Assembly: GCA_902557575.1 (NCBI GenBank) | Contig: CACEAR010000002.1 | Span: 40,225-104,224 of the forward strand | Reading direction: 5' to 3' | Source of the DNA: an uncultured SAR86 cluster bacterium | Lineage (GTDB): Bacteria; Pseudomonadota; Gammaproteobacteria; Magnimaribacterales; D2472 | Length of the DNA: 64,000 nt | In this document: positions 55,245-64,000 of the stretch, in pieces | Numbering within the stretch: the stretch's first letter is position 1 | Layout: the number at the start of each line of letters is the position of its first letter | The notes under the pieces: generated by a model | Database searches by the model: none | What the model saw: the letters and a program-made list of their open reading frames with translations, nothing else | What the model was told of the DNA's origin: nothing | Position numbers and translations under genes: made by a program

Positions 55245-55245
55245 A

Positions 55246-56334
55246 ATGTATTTTGGACTCTCAGAAGATCAAGAATTTTTTCAAGAAAACATAAAGAAAT
55301 TCTTAGATGACAACGCATCAGTAGATGTTATAAGGAAGATTACAACGGATCATCCTGAGCATCAGAAAGATATTCAAGAAGGTCTTGTTTCTCTTGGTAT
55401 CAATAGCTTGTTAGTACCTGAAGAATACGGTGGGTTAGGTCTTAATATTCTTTTTGCAACAGCTGTAAGTCAGGCATTAGGGTCAGGAATTGCACCTACT
55501 GCATTTATAGGATCATATGTTATGGCTCCAATTGCTATTTTGAATGGTGGCTCTGAGGACCAAAAGAAACTTTATCTTCCTGATATAGCCTCTGGAAAAA
55601 TTAGTTTTGCTGTGGGTTTTTCTGAATTCATTGGTGCCAGAGAAGATTGTGAGATTATTTTTAAAGATGGCAAACTAAATGGAAGATCAATTTTTGTATT
55701 AGATTCTAGTGATGCTTCTCATATTATGGTCGCTGACAAAGATGGAAAGATTTATATTGCATCTATGAACTCTGAGGGTTTAACTAAAAACCATCTCACT
55801 ACTGTAGATAAAACTAGATCTTTTTCTGAGGTTATATTTAAAGAAGTTGAGGTTGAATTACTAGAAAAATCTAAAGACACTCTCAATCCTATTCAAAAGT
55901 CTATAGATGCTGGAAGAGTAGCTTTAGCAGCAGATACTGTAGGTGCAGCTCAAGAAATGATAAATAAAGCTGTTGAGTACTCAAAAGAAAGAAAACAATT
56001 TGGTAGAGTTATAGGTTCATTTCAAGCGGTTAAGCATATGTGTGCTGAAATGACTGCGGACCTTGAGCCTTGCTATGCGATGGTTTGGCACGCGGCTCAT
56101 TGCATAGATGAAGATGAAGAGGATTCAAGATTTATGTCATGTCATTCTAAAGCTCATACTTCTGAAGTTGGAAAGGCAATCGCAAAAAAGGCTACGGAAG
56201 TCCATGGTGGAATGGGGTTTACGGATTTACTCGGGCTTCATTATTGGTTCAAGAGAATTGGTGTTAATAGGCAACTTCTTGGTGCTCCAGAGATTATTAG
56301 AGAAGAAGCAGCTAAAATCCAGAAACTTATTTAA
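55246..56334 (+). CDS. Acyl-CoA dehydrogenase, partner subunit
   Basis: ERKQFGRVIGSFQAVKH, EVHGGMGF; start placed at ATG 55246, 1 bp after the upstream stop. Confidence 0.9.
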   Translation: MYFGLSEDQEFFQENIKKFLDDNASVDVIRKITTDHPEHQKDIQEGLVSLGINSLLVPEEYGGLGLNILFATAVSQALGSGIAPTAFIGSYVMAPIAILNGGSEDQKKLYLPDIASGKISFAVGFSEFIGAREDCEIIFKDGKLNGRSIFVLDSSDASHIMVADKDGKIYIASMNSEGLTKNHLTTVDKTRSFSEVIFKEVEVELLEKSKDTLNPIQKSIDAGRVALAADTVGAAQEMINKAVEYSKERKQFGRVIGSFQAVKHMCAEMTADLEPCYAMVWHAAHCIDEDEEDSRFMSCHSKAHTSEVGKAIAKKATEVHGGMGFTDLLGLHYWFKRIGVNRQLLGAPEIIREEAAKIQKLI

Positions 56335-56336
56335 AA

Positions 56337-58406
56337 TTGAAAAAAATAACTAAAAATTTATTTTTATTAGCCTTTTTTGGGATATCTTTATTCGCATCTT
56401 CTGAAAAAGTTGATTTTTCAATTTCCGAAAAATATCAAGATCTAAGCTCTGAGATTTTCAAGAACATATCCTCACATCACTACACAAGAGAAATTGATAA
56501 AGAAAGTTTTAATGATTTGTATATTGACGCCCTTCTAGAAGAATTAGATGGAAATAAGAATCTATTTTTAAGCTATGAAATAAAATCTTTCAAAAGAAAA
56601 TCTTCTAATTACAAAAAAAATAGAGAGAATTTTGATATTAATTTAGCTTATGAAATCCTCAATACCTATTTTAATAGGGTCATTGAAATTTCTGAATATC
56701 AAATCAAGTTAGCTAAAAAAGATAGCTTTAATTTATCTATAGATGAGGGTATTGATATTTTTTATGATGATAATGAATATGCTTCTACCATGCTTGAGTT
56801 AAAAGAGAGATGGAGAAAAATAACAAAAAATGATTTTATCGTTTCTGTTTTAGCAAAAGATGATGAAGATGAGATTATTTCTAATCTTACGAATAGGTAT
56901 GAAAGAAGAATTAAAAGGGTCTTGCAAAGAAAAGATGAAGACATCTTTTTGTTAGCTATAAATATAATGACTAGACAGTTTGATCCTCATTCAACATATT
57001 TATCTCCTTATAATGCAGAAGATTTTGAAATTGATATGAGTTTAAAGCTTGGCGGCATAGGCGCATTGCTTTCAAACTCTGCAACAGAGGACTACGCAAT
57101 AATTGTAAGCCTTGTTCCAGGTGGTCCTGCAGAAAAAAATGGTGAACTGGAGCCTAATGACAAAATCGTAAAGATCAAACAACAAAATGAGGATATTTTT
57201 GAAGATGTAACTGGATGGAGAATTGATGAAGTTGTACAAAAAGTTAGAGGGGAGCCTCAGACTTTCGTAACATTGGAGATCATACCAGGAGATGCTGAAG
57301 ATAACAGTGTTCGTAAAATAGTTGAAATTGAGAGAGAGATAGTCGAATTAGAGGAGAGAGCAGCAAAATCAAAAATTTATTCTCTTAATAAGAATGGTAG
57401 TGAATATAAAATTGGAATTATTGATCTGCCCTCTTTTTATTTAGATTTTGAAGCTTGGCAAGCCAGGGATCCAAATTATAAAAGTAGTAGCAAGGATGTT
57501 AAAAATATTTTGGATGAATTTAAGAAACAATCAGTTGATGCAGTTTTGGTTGATCTTAGAAATAATTCTGGTGGAGCTCTTACGGAAGCAAATAAACTTA
57601 CAGGGTTATTTACATCAGCTGGGGCTACGCTTCAAATCAAAGAATCTAATGGCAATATTATCCCCTGGGGTGATGCAAGAGTGAGGCAAGCTTGGTCAAA
57701 ACCTATGGCGGTATTAGTTAATAGGTATTCTGCATCAGCTTCTGAAATATTTGCAGGTGCAATTCAAGATTATCAAAGAGGGCTAGTAATTGGACAGAGA
57801 ACATTTGGAAAAGGAACAGTCCAAAGATTAGATAATTTGTCTGAGGGGCAGTTAAAAATTACTGAGTCAAAGTTTTATAGAGTCAGTGGAGATAGTACTC
57901 AAAGCAGAGGCATAGATCCTGATATTGTTCTTCCTTCAACCTGGGACATAGAAACAGTTGGTGAAAGTTCTCTTCCCACTCATTTGCCATGGGATAAAAT
58001 AAAACCAACAAGATATAGAACCTTTACCGAGGACTCAATTGCAATTGAAAAAACTATTGTTGCTTTTGAAGAACGTTTATCTACTGATCCAAATCTAATT
58101 TATTTAAAAGATGTTAGGTCACGCTATGATCAAAATAAAAATAAAATGGAGCTATCTCTTAATATAGACGAAAGAAGATCTGAGCAAGAAGAGAGAAAGC
58201 AATGGCTTCTTGAGGTAGAAAATAAAAGAAGGTCATCTCTCGGCATGGAAATTTTTAAAGATTACGAAAGCATGGATGAGTTTAATGATAATTTTGATGC
58301 TGAGGATATTGATACAATTAGAGACTATTCTTTACTTCAAGGTATTGAAATTATTGGCGACTATATTGATTCAGAATCTAATTTTCTAAGTTGGAGAAAC
58401 ACATAA
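56337..58406 (+). CDS. prc: Carboxy-terminal (tail-specific) processing protease
   Basis: Signal peptide, DPHSTY, PDZ GIGA, DLRNNSGG, SASASE, FGKGTV. Confidence 0.92.
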   Translation: MKKITKNLFLLAFFGISLFASSEKVDFSISEKYQDLSSEIFKNISSHHYTREIDKESFNDLYIDALLEELDGNKNLFLSYEIKSFKRKSSNYKKNRENFDINLAYEILNTYFNRVIEISEYQIKLAKKDSFNLSIDEGIDIFYDDNEYASTMLELKERWRKITKNDFIVSVLAKDDEDEIISNLTNRYERRIKRVLQRKDEDIFLLAINIMTRQFDPHSTYLSPYNAEDFEIDMSLKLGGIGALLSNSATEDYAIIVSLVPGGPAEKNGELEPNDKIVKIKQQNEDIFEDVTGWRIDEVVQKVRGEPQTFVTLEIIPGDAEDNSVRKIVEIEREIVELEERAAKSKIYSLNKNGSEYKIGIIDLPSFYLDFEAWQARDPNYKSSSKDVKNILDEFKKQSVDAVLVDLRNNSGGALTEANKLTGLFTSAGATLQIKESNGNIIPWGDARVRQAWSKPMAVLVNRYSASASEIFAGAIQDYQRGLVIGQRTFGKGTVQRLDNLSEGQLKITESKFYRVSGDSTQSRGIDPDIVLPSTWDIETVGESSLPTHLPWDKIKPTRYRTFTEDSIAIEKTIVAFEERLSTDPNLIYLKDVRSRYDQNKNKMELSLNIDERRSEQEERKQWLLEVENKRRSSLGMEIFKDYESMDEFNDNFDAEDIDTIRDYSLLQGIEIIGDYIDSESNFLSWRNT

Positions 58407-59209
58407 TGAAATGTATATCATTTAATATTAATAGCGTTCGTGCTCGGCCTCATCAACTCATTCACCTTAGAGATAACCTTGATCCAGATGTTATAGGCCT
58501 TCAAGAAACAAAAGTTGATGATCCTGAATTTCCTATGGAGGAAATTAATGAAATTGGTTATCACGCAGAGCATTGGGGTGGTAAAGGTCATTATGGTGTT
58601 GCGCTACTTAGCAAAGAAAAACCAATCTTTGTTCAAAAAGGTTTTCCAGATGATGATGAGGATGAGCAAAAAAGGTTCATACACTGTACTTATAAAATAG
58701 GAAAAAAAGAATTTGATATCTTGAATGGTTATTTCCCGCAAGGAGAAAATAGAGAGCATCCCACAAAGTTTCCTAAAAAAGTTAAGTATTACAAAGATTT
58801 AGAGAAGTACATACAAAATCTTGATAAAGAAAATATTATTCTAATGGGTGACTTCAATGTAGCTCCTGAAGATGAGGATATAGGCATTGGTGATGTAAAT
58901 GCAAAAAGATGGTTGAGAGAGGGGAAATGTGCTTTTCTTCCTGAAGAGAGAGAAATGTGGTTTAAGATCCTAAACATGGGATTTACTGATAGCTGGAGAT
59001 CTCAAAATCCTAGAATAAATGATAAATATACTTGGTTTGACTATAGATCAAGGATGTTTGATCAAGATCCAAAAAGAGGTTTAAGGATTGATCAAATACT
59101 CGTATCAGAGTCTCTAAAAAGCTCTATTAAGACCACTGGCATGGATTATGATGCGCGCGCCATGGAAAAACCATCTGATCACTGCCCTATTTGGCTAGAG
59201 TTGGCTTAA
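58406..59209 (+). CDS. xthA: Exodeoxyribonuclease III
   Basis: SFNINS, LQETK, GYFPQG, GDFN, SDHCP; start placed at ATG 58406 (TAATG overlap, GGAGA RBS). Confidence 0.95.
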   Translation: MKCISFNINSVRARPHQLIHLRDNLDPDVIGLQETKVDDPEFPMEEINEIGYHAEHWGGKGHYGVALLSKEKPIFVQKGFPDDDEDEQKRFIHCTYKIGKKEFDILNGYFPQGENREHPTKFPKKVKYYKDLEKYIQNLDKENIILMGDFNVAPEDEDIGIGDVNAKRWLREGKCAFLPEEREMWFKILNMGFTDSWRSQNPRINDKYTWFDYRSRMFDQDPKRGLRIDQILVSESLKSSIKTTGMDYDARAMEKPSDHCPIWLELA

Positions 59210-59653
59210 TTAACGCTTTGCTTTGAAAAATCTTTGAATGATCTCTTTGCATTCACTCTCTAAAATTCCAATTTCATAATGAGTCTTATGGTTATGAAAT
59301 GGCTTATCAAGAAAGTTGTCTTGCGAAACTATTGATCCTTCTTTTGGTTCCTTAGCTCCGATATAAAGATTATCTATTCTTGAAGCAACAATTGCCTTAG
59401 CGCATAAGTGGCATGGCTCGATAGTTGAATAAATATCACACCCAATTAATCTATAATTCTGTTCTTTCTTTGATGCCATGTTAATAGCTTCAATTTCAGC
59501 ATGGGCAAAGACCGAATTTTTTTCTATTGTTCTATTTTGCCCATATCCAATAATTTCATTATTTTTCACCACAACTGCGCCTATTGGAACTTCATCTTTT
59601 TCGAAAGCTATCTTAGCCCTTATTAGAGCTTCTTTCATAAATAGTTCTCTCAT
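59210..59653 (-). CDS. tadA: tRNA adenosine(34) deaminase
   Basis: EVPIGAV, HAE, EPCHLC, FFKAKR. Confidence 0.88.
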   Translation of the reverse strand: MRELFMKEALIRAKIAFEKDEVPIGAVVVKNNEIIGYGQNRTIEKNSVFAHAEIEAINMASKKEQNYRLIGCDIYSTIEPCHLCAKAIVASRIDNLYIGAKEPKEGSIVSQDNFLDKPFHNHKTHYEIGILESECKEIIQRFFKAKR

Positions 59654-61042
59654 TTAATTATTTGAGCTAGCAAAAAAGTTTTGAAGCTTTTCTAGTATCT
59701 TTTTTTGGGAACCCTCAGCAGTTTCCATCTTAGAAATAAGTTCCTCATAAGCTTTTGCGGCATCTGGCCATGGACCCTCTTCGTTAAACCTTTTATGTAT
59801 TAATTCTGAAACATTTTTTTCAATCTTGCTATCAATCCTGTCAGGGAAATGAAGGTATAAGATTCTTTTAGCAAATTCTCTATATCTATCATCTTTTATT
59901 CTGATAGCAATATTATGTTTCGTTTCAAAATCTTCAGATTTATGAAATTCTCGAAACAGTCTTGAATCGTCAGGTGATGGAAATCCTTCATAAACCTGTT
60001 GTTCAATAAAGTCCTTTGCAGGATAAAATGGCTTATCTATATCTGAACAAGCAGCAACTATTCTCTCTTTGAATTCAAAATTCTCTTTTATCTTTTTAGC
60101 CCTTAATACAAGCTCATCCTGAGTTAAGTCAAATTTGAAATCAAATTTTTCACCATCGGCCACTGCTTGAGACTTATTTATTGCTAATACTTTAAAAGGT
60201 GACTCAGCATTCGGTTTTTCAATATAAGAAATGAGTTCATGGTATTCAAGCTCAAGGATATCCTCGATTGGATAAGACAGGTCTAAGAAAATTGCTTTAT
60301 TTGGAGACTCTGGATTCTGACAAATAAATGTTAGTGGATATATAAACCTGTATCTCGGGCCCCTTTGCACATAACCAAAATAGTTTCTGGTTGAAAGCAT
60401 TTCTATGAAACTTGTTTTTGTTGCTTGAAGAAAAAAATCTTCAACTAAATCAGAGTGCTCTGAATAAATGTACTTAATAAGATGCACCATGAATTCACAA
60501 TCTGTAAGAGCATCGTGAGCATCTGATACATCAATACCAATTTTTGGAAGAATCTGATCAAGTTTTAGTATTGGTAAATCATAATTATTCATATTGAACT
60601 TAATAAAGTCAGGATAGAGATAGGAAACTAACAAAATTAAGAAATATAAATCGCTTCTACCATTACCATTTGTATTTGTAATATATGGTGGCAATAGATT
60701 CCAATAGAACTGTCTTCTATACAGCTCTTCGTCAAACTGATGACCGTTATAGGTTATAAAAATTGACTGTTTATCATCACTCCATTTCTCCCAAGTATCA
60801 TATATATCTTTCATCATTTGATAATGAGATATATTTGAATCTAGACTTGAAACCTTTTTGTGAACTAAATAAGCGCCTGGTTGAGGAACGACCCACGGTA
60901 GTGGCCTAGATTCAATATTCTGTGCATCAATCCTTTCAAAACTCTCATCTGTTAAGATTGAGGCAGATTGAATTATTTGTATAAAATCTTTTTCCCTTAA
61001 GCCTGTGGTTTCAGTATCACTAAAAATGAAGTTTTTTTGCAT
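59654..61042 (-). CDS. sbcB: Exodeoxyribonuclease I (DEDDh)
   Basis: SDTETTG, FD, AHDALTD catalytic motifs; length and C-terminal EQQVY.GF pattern fit ExoI. Confidence 0.8.
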   Translation of the reverse strand: MQKNFIFSDTETTGLREKDFIQIIQSASILTDESFERIDAQNIESRPLPWVVPQPGAYLVHKKVSSLDSNISHYQMMKDIYDTWEKWSDDKQSIFITYNGHQFDEELYRRQFYWNLLPPYITNTNGNGRSDLYFLILLVSYLYPDFIKFNMNNYDLPILKLDQILPKIGIDVSDAHDALTDCEFMVHLIKYIYSEHSDLVEDFFLQATKTSFIEMLSTRNYFGYVQRGPRYRFIYPLTFICQNPESPNKAIFLDLSYPIEDILELEYHELISYIEKPNAESPFKVLAINKSQAVADGEKFDFKFDLTQDELVLRAKKIKENFEFKERIVAACSDIDKPFYPAKDFIEQQVYEGFPSPDDSRLFREFHKSEDFETKHNIAIRIKDDRYREFAKRILYLHFPDRIDSKIEKNVSELIHKRFNEEGPWPDAAKAYEELISKMETAEGSQKKILEKLQNFFASSNN

Positions 61043-61567
61043 CTATGCGTCTATTTCTGAATCTATTAAAACAGCTATAAATAGAGCAGGTTCATTTCCA
61101 TTATTCCGCCATGCGTGATTTGTTCCTCTTTGAACAACAGTATCAAAAGGTTTAAGATCTATTTCATCCTCATCGAGTATGAGGGTAACATCACCTTTTA
61201 ATAGAATAATATAATCAATACTGTCTGTCTTATGCATTGCTGGATGCTTTGATACATCAACTCTGCAATGAGATGCTTTGATCTTATCGAATGCATCTGC
61301 AGCCATTTCATTTAAAATTTCAACTGGAACACCTTCTGGAGTGGGGTTGATTTGAAAGTATCTAAATTTCGTTCCTCCCTTTGAAGGTTCAAGCTCTATA
61401 TCGATATCAGCTTTATCCTCAAAACCCTTTGTTGTAAAGGGAGTTGATTCAGTATTCCAAATCTCATATAGGCCTCCAACATCTTCACCAATGGATCTAG
61501 CTGGCGGCCCTTCATGCATTACAACTGATTTTCCTTCTGCATTATGTCCTGTAATAATTCTTCTCAT
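61043..61567 (-). CDS. Cupin domain protein
   Basis: RRIITGH..GKS, MHKTDSIDY, VVQRGTNHAW. Confidence 0.88.
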   Translation of the reverse strand: MRRIITGHNAEGKSVVMHEGPPARSIGEDVGGLYEIWNTESTPFTTKGFEDKADIDIELEPSKGGTKFRYFQINPTPEGVPVEILNEMAADAFDKIKASHCRVDVSKHPAMHKTDSIDYIILLKGDVTLILDEDEIDLKPFDTVVQRGTNHAWRNNGNEPALFIAVLIDSEIDA

Positions 61568-61571
61568 TTAT

Positions 61572-62261
61572 TTATCCTCCTATCTTTCTTCTATCTAAAT
61601 AAATATATGGCGAGTAAACTAAATATATAAAAAATATAGCTACTGGATATAGTATAAACATATGAACCGGTGGTTCGGGCATTAATGAAAGAATATTATC
61701 GCCGTATGGTCTTTCATTAAGATACCAATAATTTGCTCCCAAAATATAATTAATGCCATACATAATCGCCAACAGGATTGACGAATAGAATATTAGCTTT
61801 GGTATATCTTTTAAATACGGTCGTTGATCTAAGTTAACAATTGAAAAAACTACTGCAAGCAAAATTAATGAGTGGCCATACATAGTTGCAAAATATTCAT
61901 AGTGAGGGAAAGCAAACTCAGAGTCGGGAGTTAATATAGACATACCAGCGCCAGCAATTCCCCAAAAATATGCAAAAATGAATAAAGGTCTAAATCCTGT
62001 TAAAAGAAAGGCCGCGATTACAATTGCTGAAAAGTCGCACAGATGCAAAGGCAGATTTTCTAATAGGTTGCCGCCTTTAATTAAAGTTTCAACGTACGTA
62101 GATCTAATTTGATTCTCGACTAATAGAAAAATTAAGAGATATTTTGAAAAATTTTCTAATCCAGGCTTTGCTTGAATTAGTTTTGGGATAAAAACTATTG
62201 CCGCTAGGCAAATACAAAATCCCAAAAAATGAGATAAAGATAATAATTCAAATTCTTGCAT
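61572..62261 (-). CDS. YwaF/TIGR02206-like integral membrane protein
   Basis: LPLHLC, YFWG, GH and NYWYL motifs; about 7 TM segments. Confidence 0.8.
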   Translation of the reverse strand: MQEFELLSLSHFLGFCICLAAIVFIPKLIQAKPGLENFSKYLLIFLLVENQIRSTYVETLIKGGNLLENLPLHLCDFSAIVIAAFLLTGFRPLFIFAYFWGIAGAGMSILTPDSEFAFPHYEYFATMYGHSLILLAVVFSIVNLDQRPYLKDIPKLIFYSSILLAIMYGINYILGANYWYLNERPYGDNILSLMPEPPVHMFILYPVAIFFIYLVYSPYIYLDRRKIGG

Positions 62262-62286
62262 ATAGGTTTGATTTAATTTTGCAGAT

Positions 62287-63747
62287 TTATGAGAATCTTA
62301 AACTGTTGTCCTCTATTTTCCCATAATTTATTTCAAAAATATCTTTCAAATAGTTTTGATTATTAATCCATGGTTTTTTGTTCCCTTGCTTAACAGTAAT
62401 GGAGGCTGCTCTTCTTACGTAACCTGATGAGAAATCATCTAGGAATCCTTTTGTTTCCTCTAAGTCATCAGGAGCTATCGGTAGACATTTAGCATAATTA
62501 TTATCATTCATAAAATTGATTAGTCTGCAGGCATACTTGCTTGTAAGATCTGCTTTGAGTGTCCATGAGGCATTTATATAACCAAAGGTATTAATAAAAT
62601 TTGGTATGTGGGTATACATCATACTTTTGTAGATAAAGCTTTTTGAAATATCAATCTCATTTTCATCAACAAAAATTCTGATTCCACCAAAATTTTGAAG
62701 CTTTATACCTGTAGCGGTAACAATAATATCTGCTTCTATCAGTTTTCCTGAATCAAGCTGGACTCCCTTTTCTGAAAATGAATCTATTGTTTCTGTCTCT
62801 ACAGATACTCTTTTTTGATTAATGCTCTCAAAAAAGTCACTATCTGGTGCCAGGCATAATCTTTGCTCCCAAGGGTTATAAGAAGGAGTGAAGTGTTTTT
62901 CAATATCAAAACCAGGAAGTTCATCTCTTACGAGATCTAGTAGGTAATTTTTTACTAGCTCTGGGCTTCTCATTGCCCTTCTATAAATTCTTCTTTGTCT
63001 AAGAATATTTATAGATCTAATTATCTTATAGCCAAGCTTTGGAGAAATATAATTAAGTAAATGAAGAATCTTGTATTTACTCGGAGCGGAAGCAATATAT
63101 GTTGGTGATCTTTGAATCATGGTCACATGACTAGCCTTTTTTGCAATCTCTGGTATCAAGGTAACTGCTGTAGCTCCGCTTCCAATAACTGCTACTTTTT
63201 TATTTTCATAATCAATAGAGCTATTCCACTCTTGAGGATGGATTATTTGTCCTACAAAATCTTCAGATCCTTTGAAAATTGGTTTATGCCCACTTTTATA
63301 ACTGTAGTATCCAGCACACATCTGAATAAACTTAGTTTTAATTGTTTCTAGTTTATTTAGTTTTTTATTGTTGATTCTCAGCTCCCATACCGAATCTTCA
63401 GAATTCCATGAAGCTGACTCAATATGCATATTAAACTTAATTAAATCTTTCAGATTATTCTCTTCAATAGTTTCATCTAAGTAGCCCATTATTGCAGGGC
63501 CATCTGCAATAAACTTTCTACTATTCCAAGGCTTAAATGAGAATCCAAGAGTATGCATATCTGAATCCGATCGTATGCCAGGATATTTGAAGAAGTCCCA
63601 AGTTCCTCCAAAGTTATCCCTACCCTCAAGAATTAAAAAATTGGCTTTGGGGCTATACTTTTTAAGATGGCAGGCTGCACTTATACCAGAAATACCAGCA
63701 CCTATAACAATAGTATCGTAAATCTTATTTTGGAATTGAGTATTCAT
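62287..63747 (-). CDS. Baeyer-Villiger / flavin monooxygenase (EthA-like)
   Basis: GAGISG, GGTW..YPGIRSDSD, FVGQIIHPQEW fingerprint, GSGATA, ATG motif. Confidence 0.92.
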   Translation of the reverse strand: MNTQFQNKIYDTIVIGAGISGISAACHLKKYSPKANFLILEGRDNFGGTWDFFKYPGIRSDSDMHTLGFSFKPWNSRKFIADGPAIMGYLDETIEENNLKDLIKFNMHIESASWNSEDSVWELRINNKKLNKLETIKTKFIQMCAGYYSYKSGHKPIFKGSEDFVGQIIHPQEWNSSIDYENKKVAVIGSGATAVTLIPEIAKKASHVTMIQRSPTYIASAPSKYKILHLLNYISPKLGYKIIRSINILRQRRIYRRAMRSPELVKNYLLDLVRDELPGFDIEKHFTPSYNPWEQRLCLAPDSDFFESINQKRVSVETETIDSFSEKGVQLDSGKLIEADIIVTATGIKLQNFGGIRIFVDENEIDISKSFIYKSMMYTHIPNFINTFGYINASWTLKADLTSKYACRLINFMNDNNYAKCLPIAPDDLEETKGFLDDFSSGYVRRAASITVKQGNKKPWINNQNYLKDIFEINYGKIEDNSLRFS

Positions 63748-64000
63748 TAAGTTTTATTTTTATCAAATATATTCTTAACTTTTTTATCTTTATTTTCTAG
63801 GAGTTCTTCATTTATTTTCACTATTTCATCAGTTTCTGGTTCAACCTCTAAACGCGATACAGGAATTGAATTACGAATCTTTTCTGCGCTATCTATAAGA
63901 CATATTTCTGATTCAGCAAATGGACCAGAACTATATGCAGATGTTTCCATTCCCTCCTGGACAAAATTAATAAGTTCCGTATCTTCTGCATTCACTTCGC
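63747..64000 (-). CDS. C-terminal end of a Rieske (ring-hydroxylating) oxygenase alpha subunit; 5' part outside the window
   Basis: Frame open to the window edge; EVNAEDTELINFVQEGMETSAYSSGPFAESE fits the ED..Q.G..S..Y..G...E C-terminal pattern. Confidence 0.7.
   Translation of the reverse strand, partial: EVNAEDTELINFVQEGMETSAYSSGPFAESEICLIDSAEKIRNSIPVSRLEVEPETDEIVKINEELLENKDKKVKNIFDKNKT

Noticed and set aside
55156..55245. Apparent 89-bp overlap between the two ACAD genes suggesting a frameshift or fusion
   Set aside because: A normal ATG at 55246 follows the upstream TAA by 1 bp and gives a typical MYFGLSEDQ start.
3116..61042. Concentration of DNA repair genes (uvrB, umuDC, lexA, xthA, sbcB) as a dedicated island
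   Set aside because: They are scattered among unrelated core operons; the density is plausible for a small genome.
1..64000. CRISPR arrays, tandem repeats, IS elements, riboswitches, defence systems
   Set aside because: None seen by eye; intergenic gaps are all under about 100 bp. Short RNAs inside or antisense to genes cannot be excluded without an Rfam/Infernal scan.

Overview
This is an AT-rich, very gene-dense chromosomal segment of a streamlined marine gammaproteobacterium. The Pseudomonadales-like gene order, minimal intergenic DNA and many lipid/acyl-CoA catabolic genes suggest the SAR86 clade (inference). Core genes: purL (partial), uvrB, tRNA-Asn, ppiB-lpxH, acnB, a 14-gene aroC-leuCDB-asd-fimV-truA-trpFBA-accD-dedD-cvpA-purF run, prpBCD, queH, thrH, lexA, topA, pyrD, galU, nadK, prc, xthA, tadA and sbcB. 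Accessory-type genes: a LexA-controlled umuDC cassette, two heteromeric acyl-CoA dehydrogenase pairs, an Atu-like acyl-CoA carboxylase cluster, a secreted MsrA-thioredoxin-MsrB fusion, a Baeyer-Villiger monooxygenase and a partial Rieske oxygenase. I saw no prophage, IS element, CRISPR array or rRNA. Most notable: UmuD carries Arg in place of its catalytic Lys; the Msr fusion has an unusual domain order; the Atu-like cluster is a variant arrangement; several genes show leaderless-mRNA promoter signatures; and one SOS box overlaps both divergent promoters at lexA.
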